Notes: a model not told the origin generated them from the sequence alone. A stretch of DNA of 64,000 nucleotides from Candidatus Latescibacterota bacterium (GCA_965215195.1 CBDCDC010000002.1:320001-384000), one strand, 5' to 3'; counted from the first letter of the stretch, positions 18,047 to 28,937 are shown. Numbers and translations: made by a program.

Positions 18047-21000
18047 ATGATCCCAAGCAGACTTTCAACGTGCATCTTCGTCTTAGTGTGCGGCTGCACT
18101 GCGAGCGATCCACCGCCTGCGCCTGCCGTGCGCTTTGTCGATGCGACGGCTGAAGCCGGGATCGACTTTGTGCATACCAGCGGTCGCTCCGGGCGCAAAT
18201 ACGGGGTGGAGACCATTGGTTCGGGAGCGGCGTTTTTCGATTTCAATTGCGACGGGTGGATGGATTTGTACGTGGTCAATGGGGCGGATTTGCCCGGGTA
18301 CGCCTCGGCCGTGCCGCCAAAGAACGCGCTGTATCGCAACGATGGCGGGCACTTTGCCGAGGTCGGCGCACGTCTCGGGGTGGCGGACGCCGGCTACGGC
18401 ATGGGCGCGTCGGCCGGCGACTACGACAACGACGGCGACGCCGACCTCTTTGCGGCCAACTTTGGCCGCAACCGGCTCTATCGCAACGAAGGATCGGCCC
18501 TAACTTGGGCCTTTGCGGATGTGACGGCCGCGGCCGGGATCGGAGCAGACGAGCAGTGGTCAACTGGCTCGTCGTTTGTCGATTACGACCTCGATGGCGA
18601 CTTAGACCTGTACGTGGCGAATTACTTGCACTACGAATTTGAGCGCGGCGAACTGAGCGCGGGCGGAACGCTGCGCTGGCCGCGGCGGCACTTGGCGCCC
18701 ACCGAATATCCGGGGCAGCCGAACGCGCTCTGGCGCAACGATGGCGGCCGCTTTGTGGATGCGACGGCCGCGGCCGGGCTGCTCACGCGCGCAGGCCGCG
18801 AGCTGGGCGCGGTGTTTTTCGACTGCGACCTCGATGGCGATCCCGATTTGTTTCAGGGCAATGACGCCACCGCGAATTTTCTCTGGCGCAACGACGACGG
18901 CCGCTTTGCCGAAGTGGGACTCGTGGCCGGGGTGGCGTACAATGCCGCAGGCAAGCCCGAAGGGACGATGGGCGTGGACGTGGCCGATGGCGATGGCGAT
19001 GGCCTTCTCGACTTGGCGATGACCAATTTCCAGTGGGAGAGCAACACCCTGTACCACAACGCGGGCGGCGGGATGTTTGCCGACGAATCGCTGGCCGCGG
19101 GCATAGCCGCCACCAGCTTGGATAAGCTGGCCTTTGGCATCAGCTTCCTCGACGCCGACAACGACGGCGACCCAGATCTCTACGTGGCCAATGGCCACAT
19201 CGACGAAGACATCGAGCGGTTTGATCCGCAGGCCGCGTACGGCCAGAGCGACCAGTTGTACCTCAACGATGGCCAAGGCCGCTTTGCCGACGCGAGTGCG
19301 GCGGCCGGCGTGGCCGCGCCGACGCGGGATTTGGTCGGGCGCGGCTCGGCCGTGGCCGATTACGACAACGACGGCGACTTGGATATTTTCTTGCTCAACA
19401 CCGGGCAACGCGCCCTGCTTTGGCGCAACGACACCCAAGCGGGGCACTACTTGGCGCTGGCGCTAGAGGGGCGAGCGAGCAACCGCGATGGCTACGGCGC
19501 CCGCGTGATGGTGCGCGTGGGCGGCCGGACGCTGGTGGCGGAAAAGCGCAGTGCGGCGAGCTATTTGTCGCAAAACGACGCGCGGATGTTTTTTGGGTTG
19601 GGGGCCAGCGAGGAGGCCGAGCAAGTGGAAATCGCGTGGCCGTCGGGCCTGCGCCAAGTTTTAACGGGTGTGCGCGCCGGGCAGGTGCTGCGGGTCGTCG
19701 AGCCGGAGGCGAGCGCAGCGCAAGAGGCGGTTGGCGCAACCCTCGCGCAGGCTGAGCCCCAAGGCCGCGAGGCCGAGGATCTGGAGCAATTTTGGCGGCA
19801 AGCACCCTTAGTCCTGCCGGAAAAAACGCGCGCTCCTCTGCCGGAGGTGGCTCCCCTGTCCGAGCTACGCGCCGCGGCCCGCGGCCAGCCGCAGGGGGTC
19901 GACGTCCACATTGAGCTGGCTGCCGGGCTTGTACGCGAGCGTGCGTACGACGAGGCAGAAGCCGCTTACCGCCGCGCCTTGCAAATTGACGCGGGCGCGG
20001 CCCAAGCCTACGTGGGCTTGGGGAAACTCTACGCCGATCGCGGGGCGCTAGGACAGGCAATCGCCGCCCTGAGACAAGCGATCGCGCTCGACAGCACCTT
20101 GGCCGAGCCGCACTACGCGCTGGGCAACATCCACCTGCGCCAACAGCGGTTGGCCGCGGCCGTGCCGCTCTACGAGCGCGCCATCGCGCTGTCGCCGCGC
20201 TATCTCCAAGCCTATTTCAACTTGGCCGGCTTGCACGCCCGGCAGACCGATTACGGCCCGGCCATCGCCGTATTGCGCCGGGGCCTCGCGGCCTTGCCCG
20301 AGGAAGTGGAGCTGATGCTGCAATTGGCGCGGATCTATTTTGTCCAAGCGCAATACGAAGACGCACTCGCCCAGCTCGCCAGCGTGGTGCAAGCGCAGCC
20401 CGCACGCGTTGAAGCACGCGATCTGACGGCCCAGATCTGGATGGCGCGCGAGGACGCGGATGCCGCCCGCGCCGCTTTGCAGCAGGGACTGGAACACGCC
20501 CCGGACAGCGCCGCGCTCTTGGGGCGGCTGGGCATCCTGCTCTTGCAGGAGGGCGCGGACGCCGAGGCCGTACCCCTTTTGCAGCGGGCCTTAGCCGCGG
20601 ACCCGGACCGTGCGGAAGTGTACTATCACTTGGGCCAGGCCTTGTTGCGGCGCGGCGAGCCCGTGCGCGGCCGCCAGCTCCTCGACTATTTCCACTCCTT
20701 GCAGCAGGAGCACCAAACGTTGCTGGCCCACAAGACGGCCGTGGTGCTCAACCCCAACGACGCGGACGCGTACTACAAATTAGGTGCGGTCTATGCGCGG
20801 ATTGGCCGCTACGAGGCCGCCCGCCAAGCGTACCAAGCGGCCTTGGCCGTGGCGCCAGACCATCTCGACGCCCGCAACAACTTGGGCAACATCTACCTGC
20901 GCCGCCGCGCATTGGGGCTGGCCATGGCCGCGTACCAAGAGGTCTTGCGCCGCAATCCCCACTACGCCCGCGCCCACTACAACTTGGGCAACGCATATCT

Positions 21001-21127
21001 GTTGGCCGGCGAGGAGGCGCGCGCCGCGGCGGCGTTTGCCCGAGCGGTCGCAGCCGACCCCGAACACCGCAAGGCGCAGCAGATGCTCGCCGAGCTGCGC
21101 AAGCGCGAGGCCCAAGATGGGCGCTGA
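18047..21127 (+). CDS. CRTAC1/FG-GAP + ASPIC/UnbV + multi-TPR lipoprotein
   Basis: DYDNDGDxDL repeats; SNRDGYGARV...SYLSQND...FGLG...WPSG; long C-terminal TPR array. Confidence 0.9.
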   Translation: MIPSRLSTCIFVLVCGCTASDPPPAPAVRFVDATAEAGIDFVHTSGRSGRKYGVETIGSGAAFFDFNCDGWMDLYVVNGADLPGYASAVPPKNALYRNDGGHFAEVGARLGVADAGYGMGASAGDYDNDGDADLFAANFGRNRLYRNEGSALTWAFADVTAAAGIGADEQWSTGSSFVDYDLDGDLDLYVANYLHYEFERGELSAGGTLRWPRRHLAPTEYPGQPNALWRNDGGRFVDATAAAGLLTRAGRELGAVFFDCDLDGDPDLFQGNDATANFLWRNDDGRFAEVGLVAGVAYNAAGKPEGTMGVDVADGDGDGLLDLAMTNFQWESNTLYHNAGGGMFADESLAAGIAATSLDKLAFGISFLDADNDGDPDLYVANGHIDEDIERFDPQAAYGQSDQLYLNDGQGRFADASAAAGVAAPTRDLVGRGSAVADYDNDGDLDIFLLNTGQRALLWRNDTQAGHYLALALEGRASNRDGYGARVMVRVGGRTLVAEKRSAASYLSQNDARMFFGLGASEEAEQVEIAWPSGLRQVLTGVRAGQVLRVVEPEASAAQEAVGATLAQAEPQGREAEDLEQFWRQAPLVLPEKTRAPLPEVAPLSELRAAARGQPQGVDVHIELAAGLVRERAYDEAEAAYRRALQIDAGAAQAYVGLGKLYADRGALGQAIAALRQAIALDSTLAEPHYALGNIHLRQQRLAAAVPLYERAIALSPRYLQAYFNLAGLHARQTDYGPAIAVLRRGLAALPEEVELMLQLARIYFVQAQYEDALAQLASVVQAQPARVEARDLTAQIWMAREDADAARAALQQGLEHAPDSAALLGRLGILLLQEGADAEAVPLLQRALAADPDRAEVYYHLGQALLRRGEPVRGRQLLDYFHSLQQEHQTLLAHKTAVVLNPNDADAYYKLGAVYARIGRYEAARQAYQAALAVAPDHLDARNNLGNIYLRRRALGLAMAAYQEVLRRNPHYARAHYNLGNAYLLAGEEARAAAAFARAVAADPEHRKAQQMLAELRKREAQDGR

Positions 21128-23567
21128 GCGGCGGCTACAGCTCGGGGTGGGGCTGGTGGCCGCGGCCGTCATTGGCTATGAAATCGGCCTCGTGCGGCTG
21201 TTTTCCTTTTTGCAGCACTATCACTACACGTTTCTCGTGGTCTCAGGGGCGGTCTGCGGCTTGGGGCTGGGAGCCGCGCTGAGTGCGGTGCTGCGCGTAC
21301 GGGAAGAGCGGCTGCACGGGCACTTGGGGAATTGGGCGGGCGGTTGCGGCGTCAGCATGCTCTGCGGTGCGTATGCCGTAGCCCAATTCCCCGGCATGCC
21401 GCTCCCGCTGCTGGTCGGCATCGCCGGCCTCCCCTTCATTGCTGCCGGCGCATTTCTCGCCTTGGCTTTCCGGGCGCGTTATCAACAGAGCCAAGTGCTC
21501 TACTTCTGGGACTTGGTCGGCGCGGCACTGGGCATACTCTACGTGGTGCCGGCCCTCGAATGGCTGGGCGGCGTCGGTGCCCTAGTGGGCGCGGGCGTCT
21601 TTGCCATGGTCGGCGCGGCTTTCTTTTTGCAGCGCCGGATATGGAGCGGCCCAATTATTTTAGCGACCGGGCTCGCCGTTTACAGCACCCAACAACGCGA
21701 ACTCATCGATCTCAGTGCCCTAGCTGCGGCCGGCGACAAGCCCATGTTCCGCGCCTTGGGCGCGGTGCAAAACCGCGGGGAAGTGAAGGCCACGCGCTGG
21801 AGCGCGTACGCGCGCACTGACTTGGTCGATCGCACGGGCGACACCGGCCTGAACTTGTACGTAGATGGCGGAGCTGGCTCGTACATGTTTCGCTTTCCCG
21901 GGGATTACCGGCGGCTGTTTTTCGTGCGCCGCGAGGCCGCGTTTTTCCCCTATTACTTTTCGCCCCGCGAGCGCGCCCTGATCATCGGGCCGGGTGGCGG
22001 TGCCGACGTGCTCTACGCGCTGATGACTGGCTGGCGGCAGATCGAAGCCGTAGAGATCAACCCGGAGATCGCCGCGCTGGTCCGCTCATACGGAGAGTAC
22101 AACGGCCACTTGTACGACTTGGAAGGCGTGGACCTGCACATCGGCGATGGCCGCAACTATCTGGAGCGTTCCCGAGCGCGCTACGATCTAATCGCCCTGC
22201 CCTTGGTGTATGCCGAGGCGGCCGATTTGGTGGGGTACGCGCTCTGCGAGAACTATCTGTTCACCCGCGAGGCGTTTGCCGCCTATCTCGACCACCTCGC
22301 CGAGGGCGGCCGGCTGGCCCTCGTAGTCCACAATCACGCGCTGATGTTGCGCGTGGTCGCCACCTTGGGCTCCCTGTGGCAAGAGCGCGGCCACGACCCG
22401 AGCGCGGTCCTCGACCACCTCGTCGTCGTCAATGGCTCTCTCGGCGATCCAACGCGGCAAGAGGCTCACCGCCCGCTGCTGCTGGTGCAACAGCAGCCCT
22501 ATACGGCCGAGCAATTGGCGCGTCTACACGCGGTCATGGAGGAGCTGGGTTTAGACGCGTATTTCTCGCCCGGCCGGCGCGAGCGGCCCGCGCTGGCGGC
22601 CTTGCGCGGATCTACCTTGACGGATTTTGTCGCTGCATCCGCGCTCGACATCTCGCCGACGACCGACGATCGGCCCTTTTTTTACGACGCTACTCGCGGG
22701 CTGGATTCCAAGCTAACCCGCCTGTTGGGCGGCGCGTTGTTGGCGTGCGCGCTGGTGATGTTGGCCCCGCTTGGGGTAGCGAATATGCGCCAGCCGAGCG
22801 CGTCTGGACCGCGGCCCCTGTTGTGGGCGCTGTTCGCGGCCGGGTTGGGCGCGGGCTTTATGATGGTAGAGATCCATCTCTTGCAGCGCTTTGGCCTGTT
22901 CTTAGGCTATCCGACCCTGACGCTGGCAGTCGCGCTCTTCGGGCTGTTGCTGGGCACGGGGGCCGGGAGTCTCGCCGGCGGATGGTGCCGCCCGCTCGCG
23001 CACCCGCGGGGGTTGGGGTTGGTCGGCGCGGTCGTCGGCCTTGTCTGTTATCTCTATGGGTTCTTGCTCAACGGCGCGCTCGCTGGGGCGTTGGCGTGGT
23101 CCCTGCCGGCGCGGGTAGGGCTGACATTGGCCCTCGTCGCGCCGCTCGGAATGTTGCTGGGGACCTGCTTCCCGGCCTGTCTGCGCTTGGGCGGTACACA
23201 ACGCGCCGGACTCGTCCCTTGGCTGTGGGCCGTCAATGGTTTCTTCTCGGTGCTCGGATCGGTCGGGGCCGTGGCTTTGGGCATGGAGTGGGGAGCGAGC
23301 GCATCGTTGGCGGTCGGCGCGGCCGCGTATGGGGCGGTGGGTAGCGCGCTCTTCTTGGGCAGTCGCCGAATTTCTTCGGGTGCGGAGGTGGTCCGCCCAG
23401 CCGGCGCGGGCCGCTGGGCGGCGGGTGTCCTGCTCTTGGTGGCGCTGCTGTGGTATGCGGCCTTTAGCTTTATCGGTGTGCGCTATTGGGGCGCAACCCC
23501 TTCGGCTGCTCATCCGCGCCCGCCGGTTGCAGCCGAGGTGTGGCCAGACGCGCTGCGAGCTTTTTGA
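21117..23567 (+). CDS. Polytopic membrane protein with spermidine-synthase-like SAM-binding domain
   Basis: N- and C-terminal TM bundles; IIGPGGGADV, VEINPEI, GDGRNYL, ENYLFTREAF, TDDRPFFY, WAVNGFFSVLGS. Confidence 0.85.
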   Translation: MGAERRLQLGVGLVAAAVIGYEIGLVRLFSFLQHYHYTFLVVSGAVCGLGLGAALSAVLRVREERLHGHLGNWAGGCGVSMLCGAYAVAQFPGMPLPLLVGIAGLPFIAAGAFLALAFRARYQQSQVLYFWDLVGAALGILYVVPALEWLGGVGALVGAGVFAMVGAAFFLQRRIWSGPIILATGLAVYSTQQRELIDLSALAAAGDKPMFRALGAVQNRGEVKATRWSAYARTDLVDRTGDTGLNLYVDGGAGSYMFRFPGDYRRLFFVRREAAFFPYYFSPRERALIIGPGGGADVLYALMTGWRQIEAVEINPEIAALVRSYGEYNGHLYDLEGVDLHIGDGRNYLERSRARYDLIALPLVYAEAADLVGYALCENYLFTREAFAAYLDHLAEGGRLALVVHNHALMLRVVATLGSLWQERGHDPSAVLDHLVVVNGSLGDPTRQEAHRPLLLVQQQPYTAEQLARLHAVMEELGLDAYFSPGRRERPALAALRGSTLTDFVAASALDISPTTDDRPFFYDATRGLDSKLTRLLGGALLACALVMLAPLGVANMRQPSASGPRPLLWALFAAGLGAGFMMVEIHLLQRFGLFLGYPTLTLAVALFGLLLGTGAGSLAGGWCRPLAHPRGLGLVGAVVGLVCYLYGFLLNGALAGALAWSLPARVGLTLALVAPLGMLLGTCFPACLRLGGTQRAGLVPWLWAVNGFFSVLGSVGAVALGMEWGASASLAVGAAAYGAVGSALFLGSRRISSGAEVVRPAGAGRWAAGVLLLVALLWYAAFSFIGVRYWGATPSAAHPRPPVAAEVWPDALRAF

Positions 23568-23680
23568 TGCTCAAGTGAACGGAAGGGGTTTGAATCAACG
23601 GACTCATCCGACTTGGTAGCAGCAATTGACGCAGCACCGTTATATTCTTAGTGTCGCTCCAGTCGATATAGGAGAAAAAA

Positions 23681-23914
23681 ATGAGGTGCCTAATCTGTCA
23701 CGGAGAGGATATTCAGACTAAGCAAGTTCGAGAAGAGATTAAGGTAGATAAGAATATCATATACATTCCTATCCAAACGCCAGTTTGCCATACATGTGGG
23801 GAAAGATACTACAATCGCCGCACCGTGCGTTACTTGGAGGAAATGGAGCATAAGCTCCAATCAAGTAAGATACACCTCCAAGAAGTAGGAAAAGTGTTGG
23901 AACTGATGGTGTGA
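23681..23914 (+). CDS. YgiT-type zinc finger protein (MqsA N-terminal-like)
   Basis: MRCLICHG...VCHTCGERYY; AGGAG RBS. Confidence 0.85.
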   Translation: MRCLICHGEDIQTKQVREEIKVDKNIIYIPIQTPVCHTCGERYYNRRTVRYLEEMEHKLQSSKIHLQEVGKVLELMV

Positions 23915-24007
23915 ATCAAGTAAGTGCTGTTGTCGGTAACGATAGCCGATTTTCGGATCACTTACTGCTATCCCTCTCATTTATCCACCCCCTTCAGGAG
24001 CGTCCCC

Positions 24008-24673
24008 ATGAACGCACCCGCCGATTCCTATCCCCTTCGCTTTGCCGTCGATTATCCCGACCGGCCCCTCAATCGCCTCACGACCTTCTTCCGGCTGCTT
24101 ACTGTCATTCCCATTTTTATTGTCTTGGCCTGTATTGACGCCAGTTTTATTATGCAGTACTTCTCCGATCCCTTTTTCGGATGGGACCAAGACAAAGGCT
24201 GGAATTGGGGAGCTTCCAGCGGCCTTGGCCTACTCTTTGTCCCGATCCTACTCATGCTGCTCTTCCGTCGTAAGTATCCCCGCTGGTGGTTCGACTGGAA
24301 CCTTGAACTCCTGCGCTTCTCCTCCCGAGCCTCAGCCTACTTAGGGCTGCTGCGCGACGAATATCCCTCCACCGACGAGGAACAGGCTGTCCACCTCGAC
24401 ATCGACTATCCAGATGCCCAGCAAGATCTCAACCGCTGGTTGCCCCTAGTCAAGTGGTTTTTGGCCATTCCCCACTACATCGTCCTATTCTTACTCGGAG
24501 TCGTGGTTTTGCTTTGCCTTATCGGGGCTTGGTTCGCCATCCTCTTTACCGGGCACTACCCTCGCGCCTTGTTCGACCTAATCGTCGGTTTCAATCGCTG
24601 GTGGCTGCGCGTTATCGCATACGCTTTTATTTTAGTCACCGACCAGTACCCGCCCTTCCGGCTGTCTGACTAG
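24008..24673 (+). CDS. DUF4389 membrane protein
   Basis: YP...LNRLTTFFRLL, KYPRWWFDWN, DEYPS, LNRWLPLVKWFLAIPHY, TDQYPPFRL. Confidence 0.85.
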   Translation: MNAPADSYPLRFAVDYPDRPLNRLTTFFRLLTVIPIFIVLACIDASFIMQYFSDPFFGWDQDKGWNWGASSGLGLLFVPILLMLLFRRKYPRWWFDWNLELLRFSSRASAYLGLLRDEYPSTDEEQAVHLDIDYPDAQQDLNRWLPLVKWFLAIPHYIVLFLLGVVVLLCLIGAWFAILFTGHYPRALFDLIVGFNRWWLRVIAYAFILVTDQYPPFRLSD

Positions 24674-24681
24674 GGCTGCTT

Positions 24682-25040
24682 ATGACCGCCTTTCCCAACT
24701 TGCGCCTCGCCGCTCCGCCCTCCAATCGGGATGCTTGGGAAGCTCAACGCCCTGCTCTCTTGGAGGCCATGCAGCAGATTATGGGGCCTTTGCCCGGGCC
24801 AGAAAGGCGCGATCCGCTCGACATCCAAGTCCAAGAGGAAACAGACTGCGGCTCTTACACCCGCCGCCTCATTACCTACGTCTCCGAGCCGGACTGTCGG
24901 GTGCCGGCGAGGCCCTGCAAGTGGTCCATCCCGACTGCGGCCACGACTTTCCCGACGCCATCCGCCAGCGGGCTTACCGCTTTATCGCCGAGGCATTGGG
25001 CCGTTTGGGATCTTTTGACGTCGAAGAGGCCACAGGTTAG
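24682..25040 (+). pseudogene. Alpha/beta hydrolase (dienelactone hydrolase-like) with its core deleted
   Basis: N-terminus (WEAQR...MGPLP...YTRRLITYVSEPDCRVPA) joins at about 24905, in another frame, to the C-terminus (AGEALQVVHPDCGHDFPDAIRQRAYRFI). Confidence 0.7.
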
Positions 25041-25128
25041 CTTCAATGGCAATCGAGACGTGTTGAATGCGATGCTTAAACACAACACAGCGTAGAGTTC
25101 ATCGTCGATCCCTCCAAGAGGATGAGGC

Positions 25129-25623
25129 ATGAGCGATAATTACCACAGCTATCAGTTGCTATTGAAAGACGCGGCTCTGCTTTACGAGAAGCACGACGTC
25201 GGATGCCCGGATCCTAGGGACCGTTCTGCAAAGGAGCTATGCTATCGGTTGAGCACAGCTACTAGGATCGAAGTTAGAACCGAATCTGGTCGTATCTGGT
25301 TTGGAGTCTATTGCTCCGAAGAGGCATACGACGAACTCAAAAAAGCACTGGAGGGAGTGAGTGGTGTTAGAACAAACAGGTGGTATCCTTGGTATCGGCA
25401 CACTAACGCGGCTCCGAATAACCCAGACCATTTTAAGCTGCTTGCAAACGATAAAGATCGGCAGGAGTACGCGAAAAAAATAGCACAAGAAATCGCAGAA
25501 CACTTGAAGGAGCTTTTGGAAGTTCTTGAAGATATGGCTCTGGTTAATGCAATCAAAGAAGGAGAAAAAACAGAGCTTGTCTCCGAAGAACAGATATTTG
25601 AGATATTAGAAAGGATATCTTGA
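25129..25623 (+). CDS. Probable chimeric ORF: nuclease-like remnant fused to an antitoxin-like C-terminus
   Basis: Tail EVLEDMALVNAIKEGEKTELVSEEQIFEILE resembles small antitoxins upstream of RelE genes; N-terminal origin uncertain. Confidence 0.45.
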   Translation: MSDNYHSYQLLLKDAALLYEKHDVGCPDPRDRSAKELCYRLSTATRIEVRTESGRIWFGVYCSEEAYDELKKALEGVSGVRTNRWYPWYRHTNAAPNNPDHFKLLANDKDRQEYAKKIAQEIAEHLKELLEVLEDMALVNAIKEGEKTELVSEEQIFEILERIS

Positions 25624-25626
25624 ATT

Positions 25627-25888
25627 TTGAAAGTCTTATTCAGAAGCAGTTTTGGAAGAGACCTCAGACACATCCGAAATCGATCTATTGGAGAGCGCGT
25701 CAAGGCAGCGATAGAGCAAGTCAAGGAAGCAAACGATCTTACAGAGATAAGTGATGTCCGAAAACTCCGCGGCGGCAACCATTACCGAGTGCGGATCGGC
25801 TACTATAGGCTTGGATTTCAATTCAATGAGGGCACCGTAACTTTCGTATGATGTTTGCCGCGCCGAGATTTTACCAACACTTTCCCTA
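25627..25888 (+). pseudogene. RelE/ParE-family toxin with premature stop
   Basis: MKVLFRSSFGRDL...KLRGGNHYRVRIGYYRLG; TGA at 25849-51 is followed in frame by CLPRRDFTNTFP, the usual C-terminus. Confidence 0.75.
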
Positions 25889-25905
25889 GCCACTTCACCT
25901 ACCTA

Positions 25906-27534
25906 ATGCTCAAGTTTCTTCTGCTTCTGTTGCTCGCATCCGTCCCTCTCTACGCCAACCCCCGCTTCCACGACGCCACCCAAGAAGCGGGCATCGGCTT
26001 CGTCCACGTCAATGGGGCCAACGGCCAGAAGTTCGTCATTGAAACGGTCGGTCCCGGCGGCGGCTTTTTCGACTACGATGGCGACGGTCGCCTCGACATC
26101 TATCTAATCAACGGTGCCGCTGTGCCTGAGACCGAATACGATCCTGCGCCGCAAAATGCGCTCTACCGCAACAGAGGCGACGGCACCTTCGCCGATGTAA
26201 CCGCGCACGCTGGAGTTGGCGACACGGGCTACGGCATGGGCTGCGCGGTCGGCGACACGGACAACGACGGCGACCTCGATCTGTACGCGACCAACTTTGG
26301 TGCCAATGTGTTGTATCGGAACGAGGGCCATGGAACGTTTGCGGATGTGACGGGCGCGGCCCAAGTCGGCGACGAAGGCTGGGGAGCGAGTGCTGCGTTT
26401 GCCGACATCGACCGCGATGGCTTCGTGGATTTGTACGTGGCCAACTACCACAACTTCTCCTATGCCAATCACCGCGTCTGCGCCGAGGGCGGCAGCGGCT
26501 TGCAACTCTATTGCGGCCCGGAGGCCTTTGACGGGGTTCCCGATGTGCTCTACCGCAACCAAGGCGACGGCACCTTTGCCGACATCACCACCGCGGCCGG
26601 GCTAGACAGTGCCGAGGGCAAGGAGCTAGGCGTGGTCTTCGGCGACGTGGATCTAGACGGCGACCCCGACCTGTACTTGGCCAACGACAAGACCTTGAAC
26701 TTCTTGTACCTCAACGACGGCAGCGGCCACTTTGCGGAAGAGGGGCTTCTGGCCGGAGTCGCGTACAACGAGGACGGCGATGTCGAAGCGGGCATGGGCG
26801 TTGACATGGGCGACTACGACAACGACGGCGACCCCGACCTTTTTGTCACCAACTTTCAATGGGAGACCAACACCCTGTACAAGAACCTCGGCGACGGCAC
26901 CTTTGTCGATGAGACCTTCCTATCCGGGTTGGGCAAGGGCAGCATTGCCTACTTGGCGTGGGGTACGCGCTTTTTCGATGCCGACAACGACGGCGACCGC
27001 GATCTTTTTATCGCCAATGGCCACTTGGAAAGCGATGTCGAGCAATACGAGAACGCGACCTTCCCCCAGCGCAATCAGCTCTTTCTCAACACCGGCGACG
27101 GTCGCTTTGAGGAATGCGCAGCCGATGGCGGTGCTCTGTCCTTGAAACGGGTCAGTCGCGGCGCGGCCTTTGGCGACTACGACGACGATGGCGATATCGA
27201 CGTGCTGGTGGCCAATGTCGCGGCCCAGCCAACCTTGATGCGCAACGACGGCGCGGGCGGCCATTGGGTGCGCCTGCGGCTGGAGGGCCGCGACAGCAAC
27301 CGCGCTGGCATCGGCGCTCGCGTCGACGTCGCAAGCGGCGGGCAAGTGCAGACGGACGAAGTGCGCTCAGGGGCTAGCTTCCTCTCGCAGAGCGACCTGC
27401 GGCTGCACTTCGGGCTGGGAACGGCCACCCGCATTGAGCGCGTAGTCGTCTATTGGCCGAGCGGCCGGGTTGAGGAATACGCAGACTTAGGCATAAACCA
27501 AGAGCATCTGCTCGTCGAAGGAGCAGCGCGATGA
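25906..27534 (+). CDS. CRTAC1/FG-GAP + ASPIC/UnbV protein
   Basis: Signal peptide, DYDxDGDxDL repeats, SNRAGIGARV...SFLSQSDLRLHFGLG. Confidence 0.9.
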   Translation: MLKFLLLLLLASVPLYANPRFHDATQEAGIGFVHVNGANGQKFVIETVGPGGGFFDYDGDGRLDIYLINGAAVPETEYDPAPQNALYRNRGDGTFADVTAHAGVGDTGYGMGCAVGDTDNDGDLDLYATNFGANVLYRNEGHGTFADVTGAAQVGDEGWGASAAFADIDRDGFVDLYVANYHNFSYANHRVCAEGGSGLQLYCGPEAFDGVPDVLYRNQGDGTFADITTAAGLDSAEGKELGVVFGDVDLDGDPDLYLANDKTLNFLYLNDGSGHFAEEGLLAGVAYNEDGDVEAGMGVDMGDYDNDGDPDLFVTNFQWETNTLYKNLGDGTFVDETFLSGLGKGSIAYLAWGTRFFDADNDGDRDLFIANGHLESDVEQYENATFPQRNQLFLNTGDGRFEECAADGGALSLKRVSRGAAFGDYDDDGDIDVLVANVAAQPTLMRNDGAGGHWVRLRLEGRDSNRAGIGARVDVASGGQVQTDEVRSGASFLSQSDLRLHFGLGTATRIERVVVYWPSGRVEEYADLGINQEHLLVEGAAR

Positions 27535-28892
27535 GGGTGCTGCTGATTTGCCTCGCGCTGTGCGCCTGCGCCGAGGAAAGCCCGCGCCCCGGCGCGGCCA
27601 TGGACGCCGAAATGCACTTTGTGCGCGGCACCGCGCTCGCCTCCGAGGGCCGCCACACCGAGGCCATTGACGCGTACCAACGGGCCGCTTCGCTCGCGCC
27701 CGGGTCCGCCAAGATCCACTACAACCTCGGCAACGCGTACGCGCACCAGCTCAATTACCCCGGTGCGATGGCGGCCTATCAGCGGGTATTGGCGCTGGAC
27801 TCGACGCACGTGTCGGCGCGGCACAACCTCGCGGCCATGTACGTCAAACAGCTCAACTACGCCCAAGCCATTGACGAACACCGCCGGGTGCTCTCGTTAG
27901 ACCCAGGCCATCTGACGACCTACTACGACCTCGGCTACATCTACTTCTTGCGCGGCGAGTACGGGGAGGTGGAAACCCTGCTGCAAGCGGGCTTAGACCG
28001 CGACTCAACCAATGCCTCCTTCTACCGGCTCTTGGGCCGGACGCGCCTCAAGGAACTCGACTTCGAGCGGGCCGGGGCCGCCCTGACGCACGCGATCGCG
28101 CTGGACAGCACGTACGCGGCCGCGTACGTCGATCTGGCGCAGGTGGAGCTCAAGCGGCGTGCGTACGCGGCCGCTGAACGCGCCGCCCGCCGCGCCATGG
28201 CGCTCGACCCTTCGGCCAAAGAGGCGTACTTCGCGCTGGCCAATGCCCTCAAGCGACTCGGCCGGCGCGAGGAGAGCAGCCAAGTGCTGGAGCAGTTTCG
28301 CGCTCTCGACGATCAGCTCGACAAAATCGACGACCAGTTGCGGATGCTGGGCAATGCGCCCGACGACCACGAGGCGCGGGCGCAGTTGGGCCTGTTGTAC
28401 ACCGAACAGGGCCGCTTGGCCGAAGCGGCCGAAGCGTATCGGCTGGCCGTGCGTCTCGCGCCGGACAGCCTGCGCTACCGCAACAACCTAGGCAACCTCT
28501 ACCTGCGCTTGGGCCAATTAGCCGAGGCCGTCGCCGAGTATCGCGCCGCGCTGGCCTTGGACCCAGCATACGCCAAGGCCCACTACAATTTAGGGCAGGC
28601 GTATATGCGCTTGCAGCGCTTTGACGAGGCCATGGCGAGCCTGCGCGAGGCGCACAAGCGGACCCCGGCAGATGTGGACGTCAACTACTTCTTGGGCTTG
28701 CTCTATGCCCGCGAGGGCGATTTTGCGCGGGCCGCAGAGGTGTTGGCGACCGCCGTGGCCGGGCGACCGGAATTTTTGGATGCGCGGCAGAAATTGGCCA
28801 TCGCCTATCTAAAAGCCGGGGACGTGGAAAAGAGCAAGCAGGAGCTAACAACCATTAAAAAGATGAAGGAAGAACGTGAAGCAAACGAGTAG
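27531..28892 (+). CDS. TPR lipoprotein
   Basis: LCAC lipobox-like motif; repeated HYNLG/NNLG TPR units. Confidence 0.88.
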   Translation: MRVLLICLALCACAEESPRPGAAMDAEMHFVRGTALASEGRHTEAIDAYQRAASLAPGSAKIHYNLGNAYAHQLNYPGAMAAYQRVLALDSTHVSARHNLAAMYVKQLNYAQAIDEHRRVLSLDPGHLTTYYDLGYIYFLRGEYGEVETLLQAGLDRDSTNASFYRLLGRTRLKELDFERAGAALTHAIALDSTYAAAYVDLAQVELKRRAYAAAERAARRAMALDPSAKEAYFALANALKRLGRREESSQVLEQFRALDDQLDKIDDQLRMLGNAPDDHEARAQLGLLYTEQGRLAEAAEAYRLAVRLAPDSLRYRNNLGNLYLRLGQLAEAVAEYRAALALDPAYAKAHYNLGQAYMRLQRFDEAMASLREAHKRTPADVDVNYFLGLLYAREGDFARAAEVLATAVAGRPEFLDARQKLAIAYLKAGDVEKSKQELTTIKKMKEEREANE

Positions 28893-28937
28893 GTACTGGA
28901 CGTTGTGGGTGAGAAGGGCTAGCGGAGGTCGTGCAAC

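Noticed and set aside
20784-21116. N-terminal extension of the 927-aa ORF
   Set aside because: Overlaps the TPR gene in another frame; ATG 21117 is the plausible start.
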